Below are positions 15,602-28,764 of a stretch of DNA of 64,000 bases, one piece after another (position 1 is the first letter of the stretch; each line of letters starts with the position of its first letter). Below the pieces are notes generated by a model that was not told where the DNA came from, ran no database searches, and saw only the letters and a program-made list of their open reading frames with translations. This DNA is from the human T2T-CHM13v2.0 reference genome, Homo sapiens. The stretch lies in NCBI RefSeq assembly GCF_009914755.1, contig NC_060929.1; one strand, 5' to 3'. The position numbers and the translations under genes were made by a program.

Positions 15602-16944
15602 GTGTGTCGCCTCCAATCCCAGACTTTGGGAGGTTGGGCCACCCTAGGCCAGGGGCCATCTGTGGGTTGAACTGGTGGAAGACCCAGTGCTCTTTCAGAA
15701 AACAGGCCAAGAAAGCGCTTTTTGCTCTATAACCCGCCTATCTCTTTTAAAACAAAATAGCAAAACTAGTTATCTTTTTCGTAGCCCTTCACAGCTTACA
15801 AGCACTTTTGTATCTCTTAGCTCACAGGCTGTGCCCAAGAATCCTCTAAGGTAGATATTATGTTACAGATGAAAATGGTGTGCAGAGTTAAGCAACTTGC
15901 TCAAGAACTGGATGTCAGGTTTTCTTCTGCACAAATCCCAGGAACCCCACTTCACATCCTCTATCCCAATGCTCCATCTAGTGGCGTGATGGGAAAATGT
16001 GGTCAGATGACTTCCCCAGAGCACCTCGGGAAACTTCTCAGGCTGCTAGAGTGACCCCTAATCAGAGTTTCCATGAACTGAGACCCCTACCTCTTCCTCC
16101 ACACCCAAGATGAAATGCTAGTAACCCTGCAGGCCCTCCTCCCTCACCGCTTTTCCCGATCTCTTACATTGTGTGGCATACTGTTCATGTCATTGACCCC
16201 CTCTTTGTCTTACCACCTCATACCACTGCCACAAATGCACCTAGACCCCAAAACTATCCATGACTCCTCCTGCCTCCACCCCCGATCAGCCCAAGCAAAC
16301 CCTGTCTCAAGGCAGTGAGGCTACCACCACACATCCAACACTGTCTTTATGACATACCAGAGGGTCACAATCACAGGGAAAGAGCCCCATTGTATTCTGT
16401 GCGGGTCAGACCTAGTCATATGCCCACTTTTGGGGACCTTCATTTAGGTGAGCTGCCACGTCCGGAGGAGGGCAGCAAGAATGGTGAGGAGACAGCAAAC
16501 TATATCATAGCAGAAACCGATAAAGAAACTGGGGTTATTTAACCTGTAGAAGACAAGGGACAGAGGGATCACAATACACTGTGTCAACAGGGCAGTAAAT
16601 TTGTTCTGAGAGGGGGCAGTGGAGTGGATCAGTGTATGCAACTGGTCTTGGTTCAGTAAACCAAGACGTTCAAGAACATCTTGGTTCAATAAAAGGCAGC
16701 TTTTTCTAGCCCATAGATTTTTCCAACCAGGCTAGCTGGTGAGGTGGTGGACTCTCTTTTTAGAAAGAGTGCAGGCAAAGTCGGCCTGAGTCCTCATAGA
16801 TCTAAAGTTGTATAAAAAGATTTCTTCACATGGCAGAAAGTCAGGATAAAAGATCATAGCTTTTCCTTTCAAAGAAAAGTTCTTGAAATTTGTTACAAAG
16901 TTGTAAAATATCCAAGGGCAAACTGAGGTCTATAATTGATGCTT

Positions 16945-18200
16945 TAATTCATTTAATTGGCAAATATTGAGTGCTAACTACATGGCAGGAACTTTTCCAG
17001 GCACTGGAGAAATACCAGTAAACAAAATATACAAAATTCCTGCTTACAGAAGCTTACATTCTAGTGGGAGAGACAAATTTTTAAAACCAAGATATTTAAG
17101 TAATCTTTATGATGTGTTAATTATACTGGCTAACAAAAAAATCAGAAAAGGAGGATAGAATTTTTGGGGGTGGTTACAATTTTAGATAGGTTGGTGAGGG
17201 ATGGCTTTGCTGAGAAGTAAGAAGGAAAGCAGGAGCCAAGCCATGTGGATCTCTGAGGCAAATGTCCAGACTAAAGACACAGCAAGTACAAACAAAAGAC
17301 CTGTAGTAGTCCAGGTGCAGTGGCTCATGCCTGTAATCCTAACACTTTGGGAGGCTGAGGTGGGTGGATCACCTGAGGTCAGGAGTTTGAAACCAGCCTG
17401 GCCAACATGGTGAAACCTCATCTCTACTAAAAATACAAAAAGTAGCCAGACGTGGTGGTGGACACCTGTAATCCCAGCTACTGGGGAGGCTGGGGCAGGA
17501 GAATCGCTTCAACTGGGAGGGCAGAGGTTACATGAAGCCAACAGGATTGGATTAGAGCAAGCAAGGGGGATATTAGAAAGGAAGCCAGAATGGTAATGGG
17601 GTAGCCAGGTCATAAAGAATTTCCTAGGTCATAATGAAGGGTTTAGCTTTAAGCCTGTTGCTGGGTTTTGAGCAGAAGAGTAACATAATCTTAGTTGTGT
17701 TTAACCAGAATCCCTGTATTTGCTGGATTGAGAATAAACTATACAAAGGAAAAGGGGGAAGCAGAAAAACTAGCTAAGAAGATATCATAATCCTGGGGAG
17801 AGGTGATGGTGAATTGAACCGAAGTGTTAGCTGTGGAGGTAGGGAGAAGTGGTTAGATTCTGAATACATCTTAGACAACAGGGTTTTCTAAAAGATAAAA
17901 TGTCAGGTGTGAAAGAATAGAGGATCCAAGGTGAGAGCAAGTTTTTTTTTCCTGAGTGACTGCAAGATGGAGTTGCCTTTAAATGAGATAGTGACTGCTC
18001 CATAAAACGAGCATGTTTTGGGGTATGGAGGGAAGTAAAAGCTTAGTTCACAGCAGACTAAGCCTGAGATGTCTCTTAATAATCCAAGTAAAGGTGTTGG
18101 TAAGCAGTTGAATACATGAGTTTAGCATTTAAGAGAGAGCTCCAGCCTTGAGATGCTATTTAAAGCCCTGAAACGAGATGAGATCATCATGGTGGGATGA
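16945..18200 (-). mobile_element. L2 fragment(s) with an inserted, 3'-truncated AluS at about 17309-17540 (+)
   Basis: L2 3'-end motif (attcatttaa...caaatattgagtgctaacta) and L2 body (gttttgagcagaagagtaacataatc); Alu consensus in the middle. Confidence 0.75.
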
Positions 18201-18531
18201 GTTGTATCCAGAGAATGACAACGAGCCAGAAGCTGAAATCTTCAAGGAGTGAGAGGAGAGACTTGGAGAGTAAATGCTGACTGCAGGAAGGTGGAGTGGT
18301 GGGTAGTCAAGTCTGATAATATGAGTCAAAGCTGGGAAGTATTGAGGAGTGTGGGAAATGGCCTAGAACTGACAGTGAGGAGCAAGGAGGATGCCTACCC
18401 TAATTCATGAACGGTTTCTTCCATGGCTTTAAAATGAATTCCCCAGGGCCCATCCCCACGACTAGGGCATTTGCTTATACATCAGGCCTTAGTCCTAAAT
18501 CCTGGTTATACCATCAAAGACTCAATAGAAT

Positions 18532-18627
18532 AAGGGTGACCATATGCTTTATCATCCAAATTAGGACACTTTTGGGCAGGTATCAGCTGAAACTCTCCCG
18601 GGAAAATCAAGCCGTGTGGTCATCCTA
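18532..18627. mobile_element. Small hAT-Blackjack MITE (MER94/MER81-like)
   Basis: Terminal inverted repeats agggtgacca...tggtcatcct and an 8-bp TSD aatagaat/aatagagt (7/8 match). Confidence 0.7.
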
Positions 18628-19699
18628 AATAGAGTGTGTGTAGAATTTCATCCCAGTGTATTTCAAGGCTCCAGTTTTCATTTCTCTCCTTGGCCAAGGT
18701 CGGTCTATTGTGTTCTTGGGCAAGTCATGAGCATCTCTACTCACCCCTTCTGAGATGCCTACATGTCAGGCAACAGATGGAGTTTCAGCACAATAGATTG
18801 CCATTGAGTTCTCCCCTCACTCCCAGTTCAGGGAAATCTGAACATATGCAAATATTGAGGTGCTACTAACATTGAGGCATGGTTTTGTTTATGGGGAACC
18901 AACATTCTCAGGAAGAACAAGTGCCTATTAGAGGATACGCTCCTGAGGGTTCTTAGGTGGCAGAGGATCAATGCTTTCACTGTGTTTATACTTTTTCCTT
19001 GATGATCTCTCTAATGCAAAAAAAGGCTCCCATCCCCACTAATCTCCCACATGAATGATACATACCCAGTCCATCTATCTGTGTGCAGGTGACCCTTGTT
19101 CTTAACCACCATTTCCTTGGTGGGAAGTTTACTTCTTCCCATGTCTCAGGGATGAATAATACTGTCCTTTTCAGCTGAGTTCCTACTATTATTATTAGCA
19201 AGTTTTGTGTAAGAACTGAGTGGATTGGGCTACATGTGCTAGGCCCCTTTCTGTTCTTTGATTCTCTGTGTTTGGGTCCTTTTCCCCCTAGCCTTTGTCT
19301 TCTGTTTATAGTGATGGCTCTTCACTGCCATCCAGCCCCCTTGGTGTGTACTGCAGCCTTTTATAAAACAGCCAGGGCCCAAAGGTGTGAGCATTTGAAC
19401 CTATGCTCTTATTAACATCATCACCTAATGAACTGAGCCACCCAGAATTTGGGGATAAACTAGAGATTATAATTGACTAGAATGCTAGGATTTCAATTTA
19501 AGAGCCAGCAAGTGAGCCTTTCAGCTACCAGGAGAGGAAAAGGCTGTTGTGCTATTCTGTGGTCCAGCCCTCGGTGCTAGATGATGACACCAACCTGTCC
19601 AGCTGTTATTGACCACAACTAAATCTCTGCCACCATGTTGCCTCTTCCCAGATCCTGGAGACTTTCATTGGCTCAGGTTATATAGAACATTTGTCAAGT

Positions 19700-20110
19700 T
19701 TTCATCTGTCCAGCATCTAAATCCCCCTTTAATAGCGGCAACATCCCTTTGGGTCTCCTCTATTGTGTGTAGTCTTGGTGGGAGGCAGAGGTTTCCTTTC
19801 TTTTCAGAGGCTGAAGAAATGCAATCCTCCTCCTCCTCAACTCATCACCACAGCTAAGGGTCAGTCTCAGCCAATATGACATTCCCTCTTGGGATTTGGA
19901 AACTTGAACAAGGGAGGAAAAGATGGGGGCAAAGTTGAAGACCACTCGATGTGAGAACACCAGCCACAGCATATGATTGGACTCTTCCTGCTGCTGAGCT
20001 CCCTGTAGCCTCCTTGGATCTTGTTTCCAAGTCCTCTACTCTTCTTCCTGTCCTCCTAATAAATACCCTTCTGCCCAATTAGCCAGGATCTTCCTCTTTC
20101 TTGCAACTTT
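19700..20110 (+). mobile_element. Probable old MaLR (MLT1-type) LTR remnant
   Basis: ggtcagtctcagccaat...ttgggatttggaaacttgaa and a terminal aataaatacccttctgc...cttgcaac pattern; highly diverged. Confidence 0.45.
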
Positions 20111-22336
20111 CGCAGACATATGCCTACCTGGTACCTTATGGGTGGAGAAAAGTGACAAATGGGCCACCACTCATTTGCCTTTAACTCTACACAAAGCTAT
20201 ACAAAAATTGTCAAGATCCAACTGTTCTCCTTACTGGGAGGCTGCTGCCAGTGGTGAACACAGTAGAGCTGCTGTTTGTGATGCCCTTTTTGAATATTGG
20301 GCCAGCTCTTAAGGGCTAACATCCCAGTTAGAGAAAAGGACGCAGGGACCTGCACGGTGGAGCAAATCAGAGGCAACATCCACTCTTCCCACCTAAGCCC
20401 AGAATGCTTTTCAGTCTCTCCATCTGGAAAACAAAGATCATAATGTCTGCAGGTCTGGGGGTGTCCTGGGGGTTAATATATGATAGCAAAGTGTTTTGAC
20501 ATTGGAAGAAAGTGCTAGATAAGTGCTGAGCTTTCTGCCAAAAGACATAGAGGCATTCAGTGTTGGATGGGAGACTTGGGATTTAGAAGTTCCTGGAATC
20601 CAGCTCAGTGCTGAGCTCAGAAAAATGAGGTCACACCTTGGTCTATAAAGAGTCATTCAAAAAGGGGACTGATGGAATAAGGCTGGTGTGGGCCTAATTA
20701 GCTGTATGCTGCCCTTGCTGCTGCTGCTACTGCTGCGAAAAAATTTGAAATTTGTCTTTCCTGTTGCCAGTCCACTTTGCAGCATCCAACACCTTGAGGC
20801 CTCTGTTCAAAAGACAGGCAGATCAGTTGCACTCTGGCATGGAAGCCAATGCTGGAGATTTCTTCCCACTGCCCAGGCCTTGTCCCCAGAATATAGTCTG
20901 ACCTCTCTCTAATGAACAGCCGTACTCGTTTTCACTGACAACACCACCATGGGGACCAGAGACAGGTTGAAGTCCCCTTGCTGCGACCATCAGTTCCTAG
21001 AGCACTTGGTTGAATATACTTCTCAGGCAGCACTGACCACAATTAAACAATGCCTTACTTATCTTCGTACAATACTGGCTTGTTGTTAAACTACATATTA
21101 CTTTGTCAATCAAAAGAAGGAAAGACAAAGAGAGAGAGGAGAAATGAGGGTAAATGACCTAAAGGAAAACTTGGAGGCATTGGTAAGAAGGAAACCATTT
21201 GGCATCTCTGTGCCAGGGTCTTAGCTGAGTTGGTTATTCCCAGGAAATTAGCAGAGGTTACTTAATCAACAGGGTGACAAGGTGATTAATGGACTGCTCA
21301 ATAGGAAATGTGATGTTGGGAATGGATTGGTAAAAGGGCAAGAAAGGCATGTAAAATGACAGTCACTCCCCATGGAGTTCAGGGAGCTGCAGTCTGGAAA
21401 CAGTGGATAAGGGATTGTTGTTTCATAAAACTTTAATGAAATTCTTGAAAATCATAGCCCAAGGCTGAAGAATTAAAGTCTTATGGAGGCATGTGTAGGG
21501 CCTACCAGCTGCTTTAGTTCATTTGTTGCAGGCAGAATAAAGGACTTTTCCTGCCACCAAATGATGAATGCTCCAACTAGCCAGGAGGTGGTATAGCTCA
21601 CTGGTAAGAACAGAGAGCCAGCCTAGACCTGGGTTCAAGTAGCTGCTTGGGCAACCAACTGTATAAGTCTTTGTGTTTTTTTATTTATAAAATAGTGGCA
21701 CTAAGAGTACCTAGCTTAGAGGACTATTGTAAAGAACCCATGAGAAAATATGGGCAAAGCACTTGGCCAATACCTGGCATACAGTAAGCACTCTATATGT
21801 GTTAGCCAAAATGATGTGTCAGTGCTGAAAGCAGCATAGCAGACATTTAACAAATGTTTATTGATCCACAGTATATGCAGAACACAGATATATAAGTCAT
21901 ATGAAATCTCTGCCTTCAAAGACTTTGGAATTTGTGAAAAAGTCACTGACTCAACAAGAAATTGCCACTGTAAAACGAAATAAACACATATAGGATCTTA
22001 TGCTCTGAGCTTAAGAGCTAAAGGGATGTGGGGTGAGGAATGATCAGAACTGGAGTGAAAAAGGATGAAATTCAAGTCTTCTAGCTCCACCAAGGCCTTG
22101 ATATGAGCCCCCCTTCCTTCCCTCAGCACACCCTCACAGTTATCCGGGTGTAGGGAGGTGGGGCCAACTTTAGTTAAGCCTGTAGTTCACAAAATGGGTG
22201 TGTATGGGTGGGAAGAAGGTGAGAAGTAGCCACATTTGGTATGTGGTTGGGAGCTGATAGGTTTTTAAATAGGACTCTTGACTGAACATTTTCTTTCTCT
22301 ATTTCTTCTCTTAAAAAAAAAATTTTCCAAAACCAG

Positions 22337-22569
22337 AAAGACCTCTAGTTTTCCAGACTCCCGGAGCCCTGGTCTCTACACCACATGGACGTTATCCACC
22401 TCCTCTGTGTCCTCCCAAGGCAGCATTTCAGAAGGTGATCCACGGCAAAGCCGTCCCTTCAAATCCGTCTTTGTGCCCACTGCCATAGTCAACCCCGTGA
22501 GAAGCACAGCCGGCCCTGGGACTTTAGGACAAGGGTCTCTTCGGAAAGGGCGGAGCAGCATGAGAAAGA
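22337..22569 (+). CDS. SH3RF2: SH3RF2 exon (probably 8), [16 protein letters not shown]...GRSSMRK
   Basis: ccag| acceptor and A|gtaagt donor; 233 nt, phase 2 to 1; frame continuous with neighbouring exons; lies within ORF 22278..22712. Confidence 0.95.
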
Positions 22570-24011
22570 GTAAGTGGTGGCAGAGAGGTACGTGCCTAGA
22601 GCTAAGTGATGGGGGGAATCTGACCCAGGGGTACACAGGATGCTTTTTGCAAAAACAGGATCTTGGCTTTAAACTAAGCCCCTGCAAAGGGTATTATACA
22701 ATTCCCAAATGATGAGTTTTATTGAATGAAGTCATACCAACTCAAGGTGATGGCCCTAGGTTACTTCATACATGCTTGTTGAATGACTGGGGTGATGGCA
22801 GCCCTGAGTGCCAACATGTAATTAGAACATGGCCAACGTGGACACTGGCTCTTATTAAGACACAGTGATGAAAGCATTTGCTGGGTCAGTGCTTCTCAAA
22901 CTGTATTCCAAGGAATCCCTCAGCGGGTGCCACAGGAGAAACAGAAGAATGGGGTGGATGGGCAGGGCGTGGGAGTAGGAAATGAGGATTAAGGAGGCAG
23001 TGATCAGAGCCCCTGATTCCCACCATGTTATTTAAGTAATGAATGCATAGAACTTTTTTAAAAAGGTTTACAGTATACGAACTGGACAAAAGCAAATCTC
23101 CCTCATATCCTTAACCCTGAGTCCCAAGTTCTCTTCCATAGATAGACAGATGGAAACACACACACCTGTTAACCATACTCACTGCATTGTTCTACACCTT
23201 GCTTTATTTTTACCATCATAACATCCACATTGCACACATGGCAGTACATACAGATTCTTGAGAACTATGCTTTTGTCTCTTCACATAGTGAACTTCTACA
23301 TAAGATTTCCTTTTCAGGCATTGTAAAAAGTGTTTGAAACCCAATTCTTCTACAAAAATCAAGATTTTATTTTCTTATACCTCTGTAGAAGAAGACAACA
23401 AGCCAAGCCCAGAAAATATGATTTATTCTATGTTCCCTGAATTAAACTAAGCTCTGCGATCTCTCTTGTGATCTTAACAGATGAATTAACATGAAAACGC
23501 AATAGGATTGGTCAATACAGAAGAGTAACGTGTGGGACAATATGCCCCTTTTTAAGGAAAGATCTCCCCTTAAAAAGAAAGCACATATCTTAGCTTCGCT
23601 GTCCAGTGCCTTCATCTGACAGCCTGTTTGACCACCAGTCCCATGACTCTGGGCACTTCATTCCACTCAACTATGCCTCCCTCCATCACCTTCCTGTACC
23701 TCCCTCCACCTCTCCCCACAACACACACACACAATAAGTAATCCCACCACAACAGCCTTGGGAAAATGACTAATTTCTTCTGCCTTCAGTTCACTCTTCT
23801 GTAAATGGGAAATAAAAATTCCTACCTCATCAGGGTTAACTTAATAAAACAACCCATATATGGCTGATAGCACAGTGCCTGGCACATAATAATCTGTCAG
23901 GAAACATTAGTTTTTTATAGTATTTTTTTATTACTATCATTGCTACTGCAATCAAGATCATCTTTGGTCCATCCAGAGCACGAACTCACTTAAGGTTGAA
24001 AGGTTCATACA

Positions 24012-24276
24012 CGGCTGAATGTGTGTGGCTCACACCTGTAACCCTAGCACTTTGGGAGGCTGAGGTGGGAACATTACTTGAGCTCAGGAGTTCAAGACCA
24101 GCCTGGGCAATATAGTGAGACCTCATCTCTAAAAAAAAAATTAAAAGAACAAACCAAGTATGGTGGCACTTGCCTGTGGTCTCAGCTACTTTTGGGGCTG
24201 AGGCAGGAGGATGGCTTGAGCCGGGAAGGTTGAGACTGCAGTGAGCTACAATCTCCTACTGTACTCCAGTCTGGGC
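24012..24276 (+). mobile_element. AluJ-type element whose 3' end runs into a (TC)n(TA)n microsatellite (about 24285-24336)
   Basis: Alu dimer up to ...tactccagtctgggc, then a compound microsatellite instead of a normal tail. Confidence 0.88.
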
Positions 24277-24281
24277 TGTTA

Positions 24282-24323
<42 letters not shown>

Positions 24324-25866
24324 ATATATATATATATTTGATTTAAAAAAGGAGAAATGTTCACACTCAGTCTAGACCACTTAGGTATGCAGAGTTGCAT
24401 CCTGAAAGCAATTGCTCACACTTTCCTTAATATACTCCCTCTCCACCTTTGCAAAACCTTGATTGGCATGGAGCCTCGACTGCTTGCATTGTATACACAT
24501 GTAATAAGAAAGCATTAAATCTCTTGGAAATTAGGAATTGACAAGATAAATAGATAAGGCATAAAGCCAATTTTTCACACATTTACAAGAGCCTAAGGAC
24601 ATGTCTGCCTGGTGCTGCTTTGACTTCCCAGGTCCGGGAGGCTTTCTCTTTCTCTCTTTTCCCAAGGTGAGGCTGGCAAGCTATCAGTCTCTCCAGAGCA
24701 AAGAGAAATGGCAGGAGAATTGACTGCGTGAACCCCACAGGGCCGTTAGTGGAAAAATAAATGTCTAAATTGAAAGGGTCACACTTGTGTAGATGGTGAC
24801 TGTCTTGCTTGCAGCAGCTGAGGACACCGACTGTGTTTAGCGAGTGTCCTGCTTTTCATGTACACATCTGGCTTAATAAGAAGTCACGATGCAGACGTGG
24901 CCTTGGCTCAGACCCTCTGTGCTGGACACAAATGACTTTGATTCAAACTCAAGTCCTTGGAGTGTCACAAAGGACTAACAACGCTGGCTGGGACAAAACC
25001 TACAGCTTCTCTAAATGCTGAGGGGCCCCTATGGAGAAATGGCCCAGTGTGTTTCTCATGGGTGTCTCCTCCACTTCCCCACAGAATGCAATGAACTCCT
25101 GATTCCCCAGGTCACCTACAGGATATATGTCCAATGGATGGGGATCTCCTGCCTTCCAGAGAATTTGAGGGGAAGAAATGACCTTTTCCTGAGACAGGAC
25201 CATCTCAATTTAAAAAAAAAAAAAAAGGAAAAGAAAAACAATGAGCTCAGGAAGGGACAAAACCAAGCTCTTGGACCTTGCATTTTTAGGATATGTGATC
25301 CTTTACCCAAAAATAATGATAGCTAACAGACATGCGGCATTTATCATATTCCAGGCACTATCCTGATACTTTGCACACCAAATAGAATGCAATCCTCACA
25401 GCAGCCCAATGATGTACTGTTATTATCTCCAGCTTACAAACGAGAGAACTGAGGTGCAGAGAGGTGACGTGACTTAACTCATCCCAGGCTTTCCAGGAGG
25501 AGGTCTGATTCCAGATCCTCTGTCATGAGACATTGCAAAGCCCATCCTCACAGCCCTAACTGTGGAATAACCTTTCCAAATTTGCCTTTGTCTGCTGTTG
25601 TGCTTGCCTAGCCCTTGCCACTCACCCTTTCTCCCTGCAGCCCCCGACAAAAAGCAACCCCCACCTGCCACATGCCTAAAGCTTCTGTCAAGATTTTCAC
25701 AGCAAGTCGCTGGGCAGAGTTTTCCTCTCTCCTCCTCTCTTTCTCCTTTTCCTCTCTCTCATTCTTCTCGGTTGCCTCTCCTTTGTGTTTCTCAATGTCT
25801 TCTATTTCCTATCTCTGATTCTGTCATGTGTTTCCTATTTGGTCTGACTGCCTCTGTGTCTGCTTC

Positions 25867-25990
25867 ACGCGCGTGTGTGTGTGTGTACGTGTGTGTGTGC
25901 GTGTGTGTGTGTGTATCACAAGGCAAATGGAAGCAATATACCTTCTGACAGCCCCCCTACACACATACACACATACACACTCACACACAC
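25867..25990. repeat. Imperfect (TG/CG)n tract followed by an imperfect (CA)n tract
   Basis: Seen directly at about 25867-25916 and 25959-25990. Confidence 0.9.
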
Positions 25991-26204
25991 CATTCAGCCA
26001 GAGAGATATTTGCTGCCAGCATCAGCAAACAGCACTAAAAAAAGAATAAGGTCACCTTTGAAAGACCCGGAGAGAATGTGAGTGCAGTCAGATTAGGAAA
26101 GCGCTTGTCTATTCTGGGATATCAGGAAGCACTGCTTACCCAGCCCCACCCAACCTACTGCCAGCCGCCCCTGCTGCTGATCTCTCTGTCCTATAATTCC
26201 CCAG

Positions 26205-26563
26205 ATGGATCCCTGCAGAGACCCCTCCAGTCCGGGATCCCCACTCTCGTGGTAGGCTCCCTCAGACGCAGCCCCACCATGGTCCTTCGGCCTCAGCAGT
26301 TCCAATTCTACCAGCCACAGGGGATCCCCTCCTCCCCCTCAGCCGTGGTGGTGGAGATGGGGTCCAAGCCTGCCCTCACGGGGGAGCCCGCCCTCACGTG
26401 CATCAGCAGGGGCAGTGAGGCCCGGATCCACTCCGCGGCCAGCTCCCTCATTATGGAAGACAAAGAAATCCCCATCAAGAGTGAGCCTCTGCCAAAACCG
26501 CCCGCATCTGCCCCACCATCCATCCTGGTGAAACCAGAAAACTCAAGAAATGGCATCGAAAAG
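26205..26563 (+). CDS. SH3RF2: SH3RF2 exon (probably 9), (N)[16 protein letters not shown]...NSRNGIEK
   Basis: ttccccag| acceptor and AAG|gtagga donor; 359 nt, phase 1 to 0; Pro/Ser-rich; lies within ORF 26078..26578. Confidence 0.95.
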
Positions 26564-27317
26564 GTAGGATCAGAGTGACATTGGGGGCCCAACTCTTTCG
26601 ATCCCGTACTATGCATAGTGTCTCAGCTCAGAGATTTTAGTGTTGGTGAACAAGGAACCAAAATTGCAGCCTCGAAAGAATCCTCACACATAACACTCCT
26701 CCTCCCCAACTCCCCACTGAGCCATGGCCAACATCCCCAACATCACCCACGCCCTCCCTACATGTGTTACTGATTCGCCTTTATGTTTCCTGAATATTTT
26801 ATACATCTTTTGAGGCCCAAAAGTGGCTTGAAAAAAAAGCATGACTTTGGCATTAGATGAATCTTGCTTTGAATTCTAGCTTTGCTGCTTGCTAGCTGGG
26901 TGACTTTGGTCAAAATACTTCACCCTTCTGAGTCACTTAGTTTGCATAATCTGTAAAATGGAGGTAGAAAGAGTAATGGCCACACAGTAATGGAGTGGAG
27001 ATTAAACGAGATATGTGAAGTGCTTACATAGGGTTTGACACATAATTATGCATTGTATAAAAGGGGCAACTGAGGCACAGGATAATGTAAGTGACATCGA
27101 GGTCACACTGAATGATAATGACTCCAACTACCTTATTGTGACCTCTGTGGCAGACGTCAGATCTGTTAACTTCTAGTCCAGGATATTTCCCACTAGAAGA
27201 CGTGAGAGTTTTTGTAAAAGGCTTATGTTCTCAATAATATCCTTGAAGCAGGAGGAATAGTGGGAAGAGAGGACAGTAAGAAAGTTAGGTGATGCTTATT
27301 GCTGTCTTAATTTATGA

Positions 27318-27392
27318 ACATCACCATCATCACATCATCGCCATCACCACCTCCATCACCACCGCCATCAGCATCATTCCACCATCATCGTC
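27318..27392. repeat. Imperfect (CAT/CAC)n trinucleotide repeat
   Basis: catcaccatcatcacatcatcgccatcaccacc... Confidence 0.8.
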
Positions 27393-28049
27393 CATTCCCC
27401 TCAGAACGGAAAGAGGATGCGATTCCCCCATTGGTTAATCAGTTATCGAATACTAACAAGCTGGCAGGCACTGTGCTGAGTACTTCATGTGTCCCATATA
27501 TTTAATCCTGACAACAACCCTCTCAAATAGGCATTAGTTTCATCCTCATTTTAAAATTAGGAAATGGCAGCTCAGGGAGTTAAAGAACATTACCCAAGAC
27601 CGCACAGTTGACACATACGTGTGGAGTAGAATCCAGATCTGATGCAAAACTCATGCTCTTACTGCTAAGCTATCAGCTCATAGGGAAAGGTATTGGAAAA
27701 AGCACTGACATATATAAAGGTTGGGAGTTCTTATTCTGAATTATAGAAATAATTCAGAGTTTTCTAGGCCCCAGTTGCCCATTACTCCAAGCTTTTAGAT
27801 ACAACTATAAGCATTTCATAAATGCCCAGACCTTGGCTAGATATTAGGAGGATCAGAACGTATGAAGAAACTCAGATCTTAGTGGGGGATACTAGGGTTG
27901 CATTACATGGAAGAAAGACATCATTCCTGAGCAGTACCACAGAACGCTTTATTAGGCCCTGAGATAGAGACTGGCTAAAGCAAATACTGTACCTATGGGT
28001 GCCTGGCAGATATATAACAGGCTAGGAGATGTGAAAGGAAAGAGGAAGA

Positions 28050-28296
28050 GGGGGAATTGGCATAAACTGGAGACCTTGCATCTCATATAAAGGGGGCACT
28101 GCTTCTCAGGTCCAGCCAGCTGTTGTCAGAATGAGCCATAGGCCCAGTGCGTCAGAGCTTTGATTTTTTTTTTAAGAGACATATGAAATTCTGATTTTTA
28201 TATGCAATCTCCCAATTTTTATGTGTTGGCGAGTCGATCAAACCCTCAAACATTCTGCAGGCTAAATTCAGCCAGCAGGTGTCCAGTTTGCAAACT
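28050..28296. mobile_element. hAT-Charlie MITE (MER103-like)
   Basis: Ends ...ggcataaactgg / ccagtttgcaaac with internal ctgatttttatatgcaatctcccaattttta typical of MER103. Confidence 0.6.
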
Positions 28297-28764
28297 GTGC
28301 TCTAAGGATTTATAAGGCCATTATGGAAATCTCTAAATGGAGTCATCAGGAGAGTGGCCTCAAAGAAAAGGAAAAACTTGAGATTGGCCTTAATAGTACG
28401 TAGAGAGGAGAGAGGCAAGGTAAATTTCTTTAATCTTCCAGAAGGGATCATACCCTCTTGCCTCAGGCTGTTTTTATAGGCGGCGGCCTACCCTATTTCT
28501 CCCAGATAAGTCCTAATCCTTTTGTGGTTCTCAATTTAAAGCTTCTGGGAAGACTTCCCTGGCTTCTCCACTTCCAGCTGAAGTTAGATGCTCCTCTGCA
28601 TTCTCAGCATCTTGTACTTCCCCCATCTTAGCACTTGACACTCATGGTAGCCACAGATATTTGCAGAATGAACACATAAATGAGACATTTCAAGTGGGGA
28701 CAAGCATGGGGAAATAGACATCTCCCACCTCACCTGTGTCCATTTCCTCTCCTTTCTCTTGCAG

